Shown here: piece by piece, positions 53,224-63,869 of the stretch
How the letters are laid out: every line of letters starts with the position of its first letter
How positions within the stretch are numbered: the first letter of the stretch is position 1
From: a virus
Lineage: Duplodnaviria > Caudoviricetes
Virus record (IMG/VR): IMGVR_UViG_3300020045_005903
Location: 7,644 to 71,643 of that record
Direction: 5' to 3' (one strand)
Length of the DNA stretch: 64,000 nucleotides
The notes under the pieces: model-generated
What the model was told of the DNA's origin: nothing
The model's database searches: none
Seen by the model: only the letters and a program-made list of their open reading frames with translations
Position numbers and translations under genes: made by a program

Positions 53224-55455
53224 CTAAATAGGTGGCTGAGAATTTATAATTTCCGCTTGTGTCTTTATGTGTTCGCCTAGCATTTTATCTCCTGCAGAAG
53301 CGTTATTTACACGGATGTCAGTATCACCTTGAAGTATAATGTTTTCCTTCTCGTTAATTTGGCGATCCTCGCGGTCAGCATTAGCAATTTCTATTTGAGT
53401 TTTAAGTCGCATCTCTTCTATTTGAGATTGAGCTTGGTTATTAGCAGCGTCAGACTCTTGTAATTGTTTCTTTAATTCTAGCCACGAACTTTCTAAAAAT
53501 GCTCTCTTCTCCGATACTGTTTCTGCCAACAATACATTTAACGCGTCCATTGGTCTAATCTCTTTAGCATTTAAAGACACATTCATCATTTGCTCAATCT
53601 TTTGACTCACTTCCATATAACGACCTCCGTCCTCTATGTGTATTCCGTAATCTCTATATCCTATCTCTTGGGTTATTTGTAAGAATTTAAACTTCTCGCT
53701 GCCAAGTATAGCCTCTCCTTTGTCTAGCTTGTAAAACGCCCAGCTTATAGCAGAGCTTTGTAATACTCCTAGCATTACTCTTTGTACAAACCCTGAGAAG
53801 CCATAAAATAAAGCTTCTGTAATAGTACGTGAATTGGCTACGTCAGATTGTTGCGCGGATGCCGTTGAGCTTGCCGCCGTTACTCCCATTCTGCTTTCGT
53901 TTATTCCGGTAATACTATCTAGCTCGCGGCGAATAGAGTCTCTAAATGCAAGTAATTGTTGAAACGAATCTGATAAGCCTAAGTCAATAGTTTTAAACAT
54001 TGATGAAGGGTCTATGTTTCTGCCGCCCGCGTTACCCGCTGCAGATGAATCATAATCAATAACTCCATCGTTAATCAATTTATATAACTGTCCTTCTGCT
54101 GTTTCTTTTGCTCCTAACGCCCCTCTATCTACCGTAAGCGCTTTACCTTTCATTCTAGCAAAGTCTTGCAGTATCTTATACATTGATATATCGTAAATAT
54201 TCTCGAAGTTCTCAATGATTTGTTGTAATGAAATAGACACTCCGTTTACCCTTCCGTGTACGTAAGAATAATAGCTACTACTTAAAATATAAGCAGGATT
54301 GTCCACGCCTCTTTTTTGAAAATATGTGCGGCGGCAATTAACGTCAATTATTCCGCCAATCCTAGTCGCCTCGTATTCCTCTTGTCTGTATTTAGTTTCA
54401 ATAACATACAAGCCTTTTTCTACTCCCCTATCATAATTCTCTTTATTCGCCTCGTATTTCTCAGCGTCAATCTCAAAAGATAAAGTAGTTTCGCTAGAGT
54501 CTAATGCTAATTGACTTGCTGTTTTAGGTACAATCTTATAGTATTCCGGCGTAACTGAAAGCCATTCAATATGAATAACCGAACAAAGTAAATCTCCGTT
54601 ACTCTCTTGCATATAACCACGCCCCTTGCCGCTACCAACATAGTCTCCCATATTCATTCTAGCGTTATCTAAAATATCTCTTTGGTCTTTGGTAAGATTG
54701 TATTTCATTAAGATTTGCTGAGCTGACATAATCTGCTCACACCCCTTTATAGGACTCTTCTCGCCGTAATCATCTCCCTCAATATCTTGTATAATTCTGC
54801 GTCTAGGGTCAATATTAAATGCTTCAATATCTCCCGTTTCGTTTCTCTCTAGCTTAAAAAAACAATGGTTAGTTATCTCGCAATTTAAAAACGCGTCACC
54901 ATATAATTTCTTTTTTAAGTCTAAGTCTTTTACTTGGTTGTTAAGAATAATCTGAGCTACGTCCTCACACTTATCTTTAAACTGCATTTGCTGAAATGCT
55001 GGGTCATTCTCTCCGTTAGGAATTTCAATCCCATTCATTATATCAACTCCTGCTTTATCTTTAATCTCTCCTATTTCTTTCTTAGCTATCATTGCGCCTC
55101 TCATAAAGTCATAAGCCTGCATTTTATCATTCATTGCTTTTGAATTGATAGTAGTTACAGTCGCCTGTAAAGGGCGCTTTAATGATTCTCCGTTAAGTAA
55201 GTCGATTTTAGTTCTGCCAAGTCTATATGCTATATACCTTGACTTATTGATTTGTCCGTAATTTTGCTCTAGCCAAGTGGTGGATCCTGCCTTTTTCACC
55301 CCGTTATAACCGTCAAAAGAAGCGGTCATTCTATCTATAACAGCGCTATTGTTCTTTAAACAACCTTCTGCCCAAAATAAATGGTCTTTGAAATACTTGT
55401 CTTTTTTCTTGTCTGCAGCACTTATGTCTTCGCGGGGATATGATGAATTTGCCAT
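53224..55455 (-). CDS. Portal protein
   Basis: 743 aa immediately after terminase; TKIDLLNGE and ITGINESRMG..ASSTA motifs of crAss-like portals. Confidence 0.8.
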   Translation of the reverse strand: MANSSYPREDISAADKKKDKYFKDHLFWAEGCLKNNSAVIDRMTASFDGYNGVKKAGSTTWLEQNYGQINKSRYIAYRLGRTKIDLLNGESLKRPLQATVTTINSKAMNDKMQAYDFMRGAMIAKKEIGEIKDKAGVDIMNGIEIPNGENDPAFQQMQFKDKCEDVAQIILNNQVKDLDLKKKLYGDAFLNCEITNHCFFKLERNETGDIEAFNIDPRRRIIQDIEGDDYGEKSPIKGCEQIMSAQQILMKYNLTKDQRDILDNARMNMGDYVGSGKGRGYMQESNGDLLCSVIHIEWLSVTPEYYKIVPKTASQLALDSSETTLSFEIDAEKYEANKENYDRGVEKGLYVIETKYRQEEYEATRIGGIIDVNCRRTYFQKRGVDNPAYILSSSYYSYVHGRVNGVSISLQQIIENFENIYDISMYKILQDFARMKGKALTVDRGALGAKETAEGQLYKLINDGVIDYDSSAAGNAGGRNIDPSSMFKTIDLGLSDSFQQLLAFRDSIRRELDSITGINESRMGVTAASSTASAQQSDVANSRTITEALFYGFSGFVQRVMLGVLQSSAISWAFYKLDKGEAILGSEKFKFLQITQEIGYRDYGIHIEDGGRYMEVSQKIEQMMNVSLNAKEIRPMDALNVLLAETVSEKRAFLESSWLELKKQLQESDAANNQAQSQIEEMRLKTQIEIANADREDRQINEKENIILQGDTDIRVNNASAGDKMLGEHIKTQAEIINSQPPI

Positions 55456-55514
55456 TTATAATCAGATAGTTTAGCCAAAAATAAGCAAATCTTTTAAATA
55501 TTTACAAACAAGTT

Positions 55515-57524
55515 TTACAAACCGAATATGTCCTTGAACAATTGTCCGTCTGCTTCTGGGTTAATTACTCCTCCGCCACTACTTCCTCCCTTTACTAATT
55601 TCAGTCCGCCGTTGCCATCGTCCACAAACTTAGGTAGTGCATATCTTTTATCTCCCATATTATCATCTTCGTTCCTTGGTCTTATTTCACAACAAATATC
55701 CTGCATTAACGCAATACCATAAGCGTCCGCCAAGTCATTATCACTTCCTATTTCAACTTCATCATAATTACCCACTTGCTCTAATAACTCAGGAAACCAT
55801 ATCTCTTGGCAGAAGTCCGTAATATGTGCCTGCATAACACCTATCATTCTAGTTTTAGCAAACGGAGTAAGCCTCACCCATTTTTCGTGGGACTGTTCGC
55901 TTCCTTCGCTTTCAAATTTCTTAGGTCTGTCCGCCAAATAAGAATAACAACTATGCTGCTCAAAGTGCTTCATAATAGTATCACTCGCAACGTCACCCAA
56001 TACATTACCATACATTTTATAGTGTACCGATAACATAATACACATTTCAAAGAAAATCTCTTTACGCTTAGGCCTGCAGCATATAGTCGCCACAGGAGTT
56101 TTAGTTTGGCGGTCAAGCACCAACATTGCTCCTAAAGACTTTGAAACCTTTGATGTATCAATATTATAACTATCTATTCCCGCACAAAATCTATTAGTGA
56201 AATTAGGCTTAGGCTCTCCCCCGTCCAACATCCATACACAAATATTTTGGTCTTCATAAGGCTTTAGTGGAATGCGATTAACCGCTAGTGGCATTTTAAT
56301 CATTCCTGTCTTATCGTCCTTTACCCACTCTAGCCTATACTTAGTGTATCTAGGGTGTGACTGAATCATAATAGCCGTATTTTGGTCAATTAATTTCTGA
56401 GTGTCAAAGTTGTTCACACTTGTCTTAGCAAAAATCTCTGTCTCGTCAATAGGATTATTCTGCTTATGTTCATTAAAGGCTTTAATGTCCCCTTCCTTTA
56501 AAAACTTAGCTCTCTCTTCCATAATGCGATCCTTAGAAAGCAAAACGTCTTCCACCCCTATTAACTCATAAGGTTTATATTGTTTATACAACTCAGACTC
56601 TAATGGTAACTTTCTATTGTCTTCTGTAGCTCCTCCGTAAAAATAAAATCTTTGCGCAGGAATTAAAAACCTAATAAAGTTCAATGAGTCTGCTTCCTTC
56701 CACACCTTTTTAAAGTCTTTACTACCCTTGTTTACATTGCCGCCGGTTCCGAAGGCAAGCATCATTCCTGATTGCTTATTACCCGACATTAAACAATCTT
56801 TTGTTGCCGAATAAAACTCTAAAAACTTTTCAAACTCCCCTACCTCTTCCACAATAACATCGTTTAAATAAAGTCCTTTAAACATATTAGGATTGGTGTG
56901 CATGGTACGCATATAAAGGGTATTCATTGTGCCTCTGTCTTCATAAGCATTCTGTCTATTCTTTATAGCATAACCTGCAATAATTTCATTATCATTATCT
57001 GTAAGTTTCTTAACCGCCAACTCTGGGGGCAATCTACTGTCCGCAAATCTCCACTTAGCAATAAAGTCATCTACATATTTCTTGTTTCCCGCAGCAACAC
57101 CGCCCTTATATCCTTCTGAAAACCTCCATCCATAGTCAGGAACTACTGTTGTAGCCTCTTCTGACACGCCCTTTCTACGTCCTTTGCCGCAAAGTATATT
57201 TTTACCTTGTGACTTGGCGTATTCTATTAGTAAACAAAACTCTAAGTGCATATCTACAAAGTCGGGAGTAATTACCCCTTTGATTGTACTCATGTGTTTA
57301 TAATTCATGTAATAATAGAATCTTCCTGGCAAATACACTCCGCCAATTTGAACTCCGTTAATTATTTTATATAACTCTTCATTCCAAAACTCTTCCCACG
57401 CAGGAGTGCCAATTACTTTAGGGTTAGATTTAGAGTCTGCATAAGCGGGAATACCCTTGTGTACAATAGGAATTGCAGCGTTTAAAAACCCTTTTGGCTT
57501 TATGTACGGAGGATGTAAAATCAT
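55515..57524 (-). CDS. terL: Terminase large subunit
   Basis: KGRRKGVS Walker A, VIVEEVGEF Walker B, GTGG, GIDSY nuclease motif, DLADAYG. Confidence 0.92.
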   Translation of the reverse strand: MILHPPYIKPKGFLNAAIPIVHKGIPAYADSKSNPKVIGTPAWEEFWNEELYKIINGVQIGGVYLPGRFYYYMNYKHMSTIKGVITPDFVDMHLEFCLLIEYAKSQGKNILCGKGRRKGVSEEATTVVPDYGWRFSEGYKGGVAAGNKKYVDDFIAKWRFADSRLPPELAVKKLTDNDNEIIAGYAIKNRQNAYEDRGTMNTLYMRTMHTNPNMFKGLYLNDVIVEEVGEFEKFLEFYSATKDCLMSGNKQSGMMLAFGTGGNVNKGSKDFKKVWKEADSLNFIRFLIPAQRFYFYGGATEDNRKLPLESELYKQYKPYELIGVEDVLLSKDRIMEERAKFLKEGDIKAFNEHKQNNPIDETEIFAKTSVNNFDTQKLIDQNTAIMIQSHPRYTKYRLEWVKDDKTGMIKMPLAVNRIPLKPYEDQNICVWMLDGGEPKPNFTNRFCAGIDSYNIDTSKVSKSLGAMLVLDRQTKTPVATICCRPKRKEIFFEMCIMLSVHYKMYGNVLGDVASDTIMKHFEQHSCYSYLADRPKKFESEGSEQSHEKWVRLTPFAKTRMIGVMQAHITDFCQEIWFPELLEQVGNYDEVEIGSDNDLADAYGIALMQDICCEIRPRNEDDNMGDKRYALPKFVDDGNGGLKLVKGGSSGGGVINPEADGQLFKDIFGL

Positions 57525-58057
57525 TTCTTATTTGTAATAGATTTAAAGTGTTTCATATTACTCATTACCTTTTCCAAATAGCTTAATGTCATATCTCCTT
57601 TAATTGCGCCGTCCTCAATAACTTTTTCGTCAACCTCTATCTCTAAAGAGTGTATTCTTTTTTGTAGAATATTAATAGCCTTATCTAATTCTCCAATCTC
57701 TTTTTCACTATCCGCCACCACTAATTTTTGCACTAAGTCATCTATCTTTTTCTGATAACTTCTAGCCACCTCTATTTTAGGATTGTATTGTAATGAAATA
57801 TAGTCCTCTATAGCTGCTAAAATTCTGTCAGGAGGCGACTCTATTAATCCTGGTACATTATCTTCAAATGCGTGCCACATAGCCTTGCGCTTTCTTTCGT
57901 GTTCGGGATATTGCTTATAAATGGAATTATAATCGAAAGCCAAAACCAAGTACAACACTTCTTTCTCGCTTAATGCAATAAAAGAAGGGCATAGCTTTAC
58001 TATCTCGCTGTGTAAAACAACGTTTTTACGGGAATCAATATAAAATAAATAGCTCAT
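57521..58057 (-). CDS. Hypothetical protein (terminase small subunit candidate)
   Basis: 178 aa, helical, overlaps terL start. Confidence 0.4.
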   Translation of the reverse strand: MSYLFYIDSRKNVVLHSEIVKLCPSFIALSEKEVLYLVLAFDYNSIYKQYPEHERKRKAMWHAFEDNVPGLIESPPDRILAAIEDYISLQYNPKIEVARSYQKKIDDLVQKLVVADSEKEIGELDKAINILQKRIHSLEIEVDEKVIEDGAIKGDMTLSYLEKVMSNMKHFKSITNKK

Positions 58058-58060
58058 AAT

Positions 58061-58279
58061 TTAACTAACGGTTTCGGGGTTGCCATCATCTTCTTTCCAT
58101 TCTTTAACCTCGCACTTAATTGTTTTGTTTTCATAATGTTCTCTTAAATATTTCCAATTACTGCCCACTGGATGGCTATGGTCGCTACACCAAATTAATT
58201 GTCCCTTCCTTATAGTTACCCTAAATGGAGTAAAGTATTCAGAAGTTATTTCGTATGTTACATCAGGGTTGCTTAGCAT
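58061..58279 (-). CDS. Hypothetical protein
   Basis: 72-aa ORF. Confidence 0.6.
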   Translation of the reverse strand: MLSNPDVTYEITSEYFTPFRVTIRKGQLIWCSDHSHPVGSNWKYLREHYENKTIKCEVKEWKEDDGNPETVS

Positions 58280-58281
58280 AA

Positions 58282-59061
58282 TTAAAACGCTGCCGTTATA
58301 TCTCTCGGCTCTAATAAATTAATAATTTGTGGCTTAAAATAATTCAACAACAATTCTATATCCGTCTTTAAATAAGGACAAGGAATCTCTGTATTGCTAT
58401 AGCTAACCACCTTTCCATCCACCTTCATTGGCTTAATCATATCTATAAACTGAGCCTCACATCTCATATTAGTCAATTTCTCATAATGCCAACTGTAAAA
58501 TGATAATTGTAAACAGATCTTTATATACTTACTATTCGGTAAATGTGATAGCGGAGGATTTAACCAAGGTTGTCCTTTCGGCGTATAACTCATCCCTCCT
58601 TCAAAACATTTAAAGTCTTTCATGTGAAATTTACCATTTTTAAGATTACTAAGCAAACATAATTTATCTATGCTACCTGCAGTCCTAAAGTCTTCGTTGA
58701 ATACCACCACTTGCTCAAAACACTTCTTATAAGATTTATACTTATCTAATACAGTCTTAACCAATATCTCTAAGTCTTCGTCCTCCTTTAATATTTGTCC
58801 TGTTTGGGCATACAGCTCTAGTGCCTTATCCACCCTTGTTCCTTCATCTGTTTGAGATTTCCACCTAGCGGTAATTTCTTCTTTAGTTAATCCTTCTTTC
58901 TTGGCCACAAATCCGGCAATCATATCGAAGTCAGATTTCTCCACTAAGAATCCAAAGAATTTACTAAATGATAAATATTCGTCTCCGTTGTCGTGCCAAT
59001 AACGATGTTCTATATCGTCAAGCTTAACTTTTTGGGCAAATAGATTATGAATATTAGCCAT
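58282..59061 (-). CDS. PD-(D/E)XK exonuclease
   Basis: EGTRVD, AGSIDKL, KDFK, LQLSFY motifs. Confidence 0.75.
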   Translation of the reverse strand: MANIHNLFAQKVKLDDIEHRYWHDNGDEYLSFSKFFGFLVEKSDFDMIAGFVAKKEGLTKEEITARWKSQTDEGTRVDKALELYAQTGQILKEDEDLEILVKTVLDKYKSYKKCFEQVVVFNEDFRTAGSIDKLCLLSNLKNGKFHMKDFKCFEGGMSYTPKGQPWLNPPLSHLPNSKYIKICLQLSFYSWHYEKLTNMRCEAQFIDMIKPMKVDGKVVSYSNTEIPCPYLKTDIELLLNYFKPQIINLLEPRDITAAF

Positions 59062-59948
59062 TAAAACGCAGGTTTAATTACAGTCTCTTCTGTAGATAAC
59101 GGTATTGCTATGCTTTGTGGCGTTACTAAGGTGTCTCCTAATATTTCTTTTGCCGCCGCTAGTTTTTCTTTCTTATTCTTCTTTACAGGAACGGGAATAA
59201 AAGACTCTTCGTCACTTACCGCAACTCCTTCGTTTGTAGTTGGAATAATCATGTCTTCTACAATAACAGCTTCCTCAATAATAGTTTCCTCTGCTTGCGC
59301 CGCAGCTATTTCTAAATTAGCAGCGCTCACGTCTACATTAGAAACATCCATATCTTCGTTGTGCATAACCACTGCTCCGAATTGATTTTCTAATAACTTA
59401 GTCGCAAATTCCTTTAATTGCTCAGGACTCCACCCCTTAATACTATCCTCTGTCAAACCTTTGCTTTTTCCAGCTTGGATCCATCTGACTGCTACTTCAA
59501 TATCATCCACCTTTTTAGTGCCGGCTAAATATTCCTTAGTCTCCTCTACAATACTTTCGATTAGTTTTTGTACTGTATTAAAGTGTTCGTATAAGTCATT
59601 TTTATCTACTTTACAAGTATTTAGTTTAATAGTTTTGTTATTAAACACTTGTTTCTCGCCGCCGATAGTAAAACTCTCTGAGTCAAAATCTATACTAACC
59701 ACCTCTGTCTCCTGGATAGTGTAGTCCTTAGTCATCTTATCTTCGTCGCCACGCAATAGTCCCGTAATATCCACCAAGTAGAATCTAAGGTCTTTAAACA
59801 TAGCCTCTAAGTCTAAATGAATAGGTGTTGGTGGGAATTTCTTTATTAGCACTGTTGATGGGCGCCCGTTCTTTTCCTCTTGTTCGTAATAGTGTACTTC
59901 CATCCCTTTGAAACCATTTGCCTTCAACTTAATTAATTTAATGTTCAT
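59061..59948 (-). CDS. Hypothetical protein with acidic tail
   Basis: 295-aa ORF. Confidence 0.7.
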   Translation of the reverse strand: MNIKLIKLKANGFKGMEVHYYEQEEKNGRPSTVLIKKFPPTPIHLDLEAMFKDLRFYLVDITGLLRGDEDKMTKDYTIQETEVVSIDFDSESFTIGGEKQVFNNKTIKLNTCKVDKNDLYEHFNTVQKLIESIVEETKEYLAGTKKVDDIEVAVRWIQAGKSKGLTEDSIKGWSPEQLKEFATKLLENQFGAVVMHNEDMDVSNVDVSAANLEIAAAQAEETIIEEAVIVEDMIIPTTNEGVAVSDEESFIPVPVKKNKKEKLAAAKEILGDTLVTPQSIAIPLSTEETVIKPAF

Positions 59949-59951
59949 ATA

Positions 59952-60185
59952 TTATTTGTTTTTAGTTATTAAATCTGCCCCTATTATTTCGTGCGGTGTC
60001 CAATTTCCGTTTTTATCTTTCTCCCAATTTACAGGATAAATAGCTTTTACGTTTGGTATTGTAAAAAACAGACTACCTCCGCTTGGCGTGGAATTATACG
60101 CCTCCTCAAAAAATTGCCTTGTTTGATATTCGTCCATTATTTTATATTGCGCTTGTAAATTCCTTATATGATCTTCCAACAACAA
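59952..60185 (-). CDS. Hypothetical protein
   Basis: 77-aa ORF. Confidence 0.6.
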   Translation of the reverse strand: MLLEDHIRNLQAQYKIMDEYQTRQFFEEAYNSTPSGGSLFFTIPNVKAIYPVNWEKDKNGNWTPHEIIGADLITKNK

Positions 60186-60381
60186 ATGATTGTCCGCTTT
60201 TTAAATAAACCATACACTCTACTTCTGATATTTCTTCAGTGAAGTCATCTATTAATTCTCTAACAGATTCCACTTGGTCTAAGTCAATAAGTAAATTTGC
60301 TTCTTCACCCCTTTGTTTAATATCCATTTCGTCAAGCTTCTTACTTATAAGAAAACACTTACATTTATATGGTCTTTTCAT
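60142..60381 (-). CDS. Hypothetical protein
   Basis: 79 aa; IDLDQVESVRE..VYLKSGQSF. Confidence 0.6.
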   Translation of the reverse strand: MKRPYKCKCFLISKKLDEMDIKQRGEEANLLIDLDQVESVRELIDDFTEEISEVECMVYLKSGQSFVVGRSYKEFTSAI

Positions 60382-60767
60382 TTTATTGTAGGTAAAATTG
60401 AAATATCAATATAGTATTGTGGGTCTTCATGTTCAATAAATTCTGTAACCATTCCGCCATATTTAGTTTTAATTGTCCTGTTAATATTCACTACCCAACA
60501 TTCTCTGCCGTGTAATTTATTCCGTAGTAATTGGCGTTGTTCGTCTGCCTCAATCAAAATGCTTCCTCCAAGTGTTTCGGCTATCTCATTAAGCATTTCT
60601 ACTTTATCGCCAATTACCTCTTGCCAAGGGATAGCAATTAAATCTAAATCCCTATTTATTGAGCCATGTAGCACAATATTATATCCGTATTTCAATCCTA
60701 TTTCTTTTATTACTTCATAATAAAATCCATAAAGACTCGGCTTTGCGTGTGTTGGCTTATTGTTCAT
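60378..60767 (-). CDS. Nucleotidyltransferase-fold protein (tentative)
   Basis: LHGSINRDLDLIAIPW matches hGS..DhD. Confidence 0.55.
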   Translation of the reverse strand: MNNKPTHAKPSLYGFYYEVIKEIGLKYGYNIVLHGSINRDLDLIAIPWQEVIGDKVEMLNEIAETLGGSILIEADEQRQLLRNKLHGRECWVVNINRTIKTKYGGMVTEFIEHEDPQYYIDISILPTIK

Positions 60768-60773
60768 TTACTT

Positions 60774-60974
60774 CTATGCCTTTTTTAAATTATGCCCTAT
60801 GTGCCAATATCCGCAAAACTCACATTTATACACCTCTAATATCGATGTCTTTTTACTCATTTTCTTACTCCTCACCTCATTAAAATTATCGAAAATAAAG
60901 TCGGCGGCTAATTTACTCTTGTGCTTATCCTTGCCAAAACAACCATTCTTTTCTTTTATAGAAATTATAATCAT
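60774..60974 (-). CDS. Small Zn-binding hypothetical protein
   Basis: CFGK..YKCEFCGYWHIGH. Confidence 0.65.
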   Translation of the reverse strand: MIIISIKEKNGCFGKDKHKSKLAADFIFDNFNEVRSKKMSKKTSILEVYKCEFCGYWHIGHNLKKA

Positions 60975-61195
60975 TTAACCCTATCCATAAATCTAACAAG
61001 CGCCGACTTCCCCAACAATATACCCCCAACCTCATACATCGCCACACTCCCATCCTCATTAAAATTAGGCAAACTACCAACATCCATCCCAACATACCTC
61101 TCCACGTCCATCCTCAAACTCTCCTTATCCCCTACCTCAGCAAATATCTCCTCCACTAATCCATCTATTCCCCTCCTGTTAATCCTAGGTCTCAT
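60971..61195 (-). CDS. Hypothetical protein
   Basis: 74-aa ORF. Confidence 0.55.
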   Translation of the reverse strand: MRPRINRRGIDGLVEEIFAEVGDKESLRMDVERYVGMDVGSLPNFNEDGSVAMYEVGGILLGKSALVRFMDRVK

Positions 61196-61353
61196 TTCTC
61201 TAATAATTTAAGCAAATTTAATATTTTTTCTTGTAATTCCTTGTCCTCTATCTCCACTATTATCTGACCCTTTATCTCCCTACTCTCAGCATCATACACC
61301 CCCACAACAGCACTCCTACTCCATTCCCTAACTTTACCCAATTCTATTTTCAT
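61192..61353 (-). CDS. Small hypothetical protein (not in ORF track)
   Basis: 53 aa MKIELGKVREWSRS...; fills the gap. Confidence 0.55.
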   Translation of the reverse strand: MKIELGKVREWSRSAVVGVYDAESREIKGQIIVEIEDKELQEKILNLLKLLEK

Positions 61354-61354
61354 T

Positions 61355-62218
61355 TTATATATTATTTATCATCCAATAATCTAACCACAACTGGCGGTTA
61401 ACCCTTAAAGAGGTTTCTGCGTCCTGTTCTGTAAGAAATTGAAGGTGCGCTATGTTAGACACATATTGAACTTTTCTGACATACAAAGGATTATCAACAC
61501 CTTGACTTAAAGCGATGCTTATTGCATAAGCCGCCGAGCCACCCGTCTTACCCTGATTATATCGGTCAACAATATGACTAAGCTGAGCAAAAGCCAATGC
61601 TGACTTTGTCTGTGCCTCGGTTTTGAAAATGTTCTTTGTTTCGTTGGCGGCTAATACGCAATTACACTCTCTAATATCCGCCATATTATGTATATACCAA
61701 CCCTCTTTACTAAAACTATCCTCCCAACTAAACCCCTTATCCCCCTCCAACTCCTCCTTTGTGAAGTTTTCTAACAACAAAGTAGATAGTACAGTTTCCA
61801 CTATCGTAAACTTTTCCGTATTCATTAACACCTTATAAGCTGACCTCGCCGTTTCTAACGACATCTTTATCTGTTTTTCCATATTATTACTTTGTTTGGC
61901 TTCTAATTTACAATTATTACTCCGCCATCGTCTGTTAGGATTATTAGAAGCATCCACCGAGTCGTGAGTGAACTTACCCTCCTTTACGTTTATCCCATTA
62001 TTCTCTAACTCAGCGTCCATACGCCTAGCCCAAGTCTCCCTGTACTCCAATCGTAATCCAACTTCGGGGTCAATAACACCCTTTTTTATAAGCGTGTAGC
62101 TAGGAATATCCGCACACGCCGACAATTCCCCACAACCTTCACATTTACCATAACTCCCCATCGTGATTGTGGTAAGATTATTATAATCCTTCTCTAAACA
62201 CCCACTACATATAAACAT
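61355..62218 (-). CDS. Hypothetical protein with N-terminal Zn finger
   Basis: CSGC..CEGCG..C N-terminus; first gene of the - arm, after a promoter motif. Confidence 0.65.
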   Translation of the reverse strand: MFICSGCLEKDYNNLTTITMGSYGKCEGCGELSACADIPSYTLIKKGVIDPEVGLRLEYRETWARRMDAELENNGINVKEGKFTHDSVDASNNPNRRWRSNNCKLEAKQSNNMEKQIKMSLETARSAYKVLMNTEKFTIVETVLSTLLLENFTKEELEGDKGFSWEDSFSKEGWYIHNMADIRECNCVLAANETKNIFKTEAQTKSALAFAQLSHIVDRYNQGKTGGSAAYAISIALSQGVDNPLYVRKVQYVSNIAHLQFLTEQDAETSLRVNRQLWLDYWMINNI

Positions 62219-62240
62219 ATCCCAATATTTACCCCCTTAT

Positions 62241-62270
62241 ACACACAAAGATAACAAAAGGTTGCAAATA
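62241..62270 (-). promoter_or_regulatory. Promoter of leftward arm
   Basis: - strand TTGCAACCTTTTGTTATCTTTG: phage motif plus TAnnTTTG. Confidence 0.65.
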
Positions 62271-62314
62271 AATAAAAATTATTCTAAAATTTTTTTATAA
62301 AATATTTTCACCCC

Positions 62315-63603
62315 ATTTCAATCTTGTAATAAAATAACAAAACTCCAAAATATTACAAATCTGTAATAACCACCCAAAAAAATTTTATAATTTTTATATA
62401 CCCGAAGGGGGTTATATGGGGTGTTTTAGCGTTTCGATTTTGAAGTGCCTTGTGGGGGGGCTTGTTTTTATGGTTTGGATTGTTTTGAAGTTTATTAGGA
62501 TGGTTTTTTTGTTTATTGGTTTTTTATTAGCTTGTTGTTTGTTTTATGGTTCCTGTATATAGGTATGGTATAAATTAGGTTAGATTATGCCGCCGCCCCA
62601 TAATTTACAAATTTGAAAGATAAACCGGTTATATGCTTCGCATGCTTAGTTAATCAATATCCTGGTTAACATTGGCCGCGATCTTATCAGCTCACTATCT
62701 ATATTACAAACTTGTAATAAAACAGAGGTCTATTGATTTTATTACAAACTTGTAAGACGCGCGGACAATACCGGCTTATTTAGAATTAGTCTATATTACA
62801 AACTTGTAATACTTTGGCACGATATTATATTATTTAGAACCATTCTAATCTTATTACAAATTTGAAATAAAGCATATTTATTGAAACCTTTCAACTTTGT
62901 AATACGTATAAACAGATATAACTAACATTAAAACCGGCCGCAAATAACAATAAAACAGCCCATTTACGGTGAACTAACGTACAAACTGAGTGAGTGGCGC
63001 AAATAATCAAGCCCAAACCACTTAATGAGCGAGTAAACAAATTAAAAACAACCAAATAAACCAACTAAAACCCCCATATCATGAAAGCAATAACAGAAGT
63101 ATTTAACCAGGAATTTGTCCCAATGGACATAGACAGAACCGTAATTCTCATTATAAGCCTATTGGACAATAGCCTGCAGTAAGAATATGTATAACCAACC
63201 CTTGTGAGTATAAAGTGTATTAAAGGGGGATTATATAGGTAATATAGGGGTAATAGGGAAGTAAATAAGTAATAGTATAAACCAATTAAAATAATAGAGA
63301 TATGTATACAGTTATAATGAGTCACCCTAATAAGGTTAGTTTTAGTTTTAAGATAGATGGTATTGATAGTTGGTATATAGAAGGATTAAGGAGATATGAA
63401 AGAATGGGATTAATAGGAAGGTATTATATTAGTTGTGGTATGTTCTGTAATGTAATAGGGTAATATTAGTAAGATTAGCCGCCGCGCTAAAAAGCTAAAA
63501 TGTGATAAAATACGTTTATTACAGAATTGAAATAGTGATGAGGTGCAAATATTACAAGTTTGTAAGAAAATAGAAAAGTTTAAATATATTACAAATTTGT
63601 AAG
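62315..63603. repeat. Cluster of about 11 palindromic ATTACAAnnTTGTAAT-like boxes in the non-coding strand-switch region
   Basis: Copies at 62315, 62352, 62604, 62703, 62741, 62795, 62853, 62889, 63518, 63551, 63588. Confidence 0.8.
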
Positions 63604-63671
63604 AAATAACGCAACCTTTAATTAATAGCCCACGTATAACTAAATATAACCAACACTAAAAAATAGAAACC

Positions 63672-63869
63672 ATGACACAAATAGAAGCAATACAAATGAA
63701 CATTCACGCCGCAAAGGTAGAATTAAATAAAGCGCGTAGAGTTATCTGCAAAGACGAACTACAAAAACTACACGTTCAGGGTGCAATTGATTTTTACCTT
63801 AATGAGCTGAAAGACTTAAAATTTAGCCTTAACTGTGCTGTTAAACAAAAAGACGCCGAAGTAATTTAA
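63672..63869 (+). CDS. Hypothetical (early) protein
   Basis: 65-aa ORF after GCAACCTTT motif. Confidence 0.65.
   Translation: MTQIEAIQMNIHAAKVELNKARRVICKDELQKLHVQGAIDFYLNELKDLKFSLNCAVKQKDAEVI

Noticed and set aside
1397-63325. Numerous 60-160-aa ORFs antisense to or nested in larger genes (e.g. 7975-8448, 10909-11205, 23735-24085, 49277-49630, 63065-63325)
   Set aside because: They oppose the local operon direction, overlap better-supported genes or low-complexity DNA, and show shadow-ORF composition.
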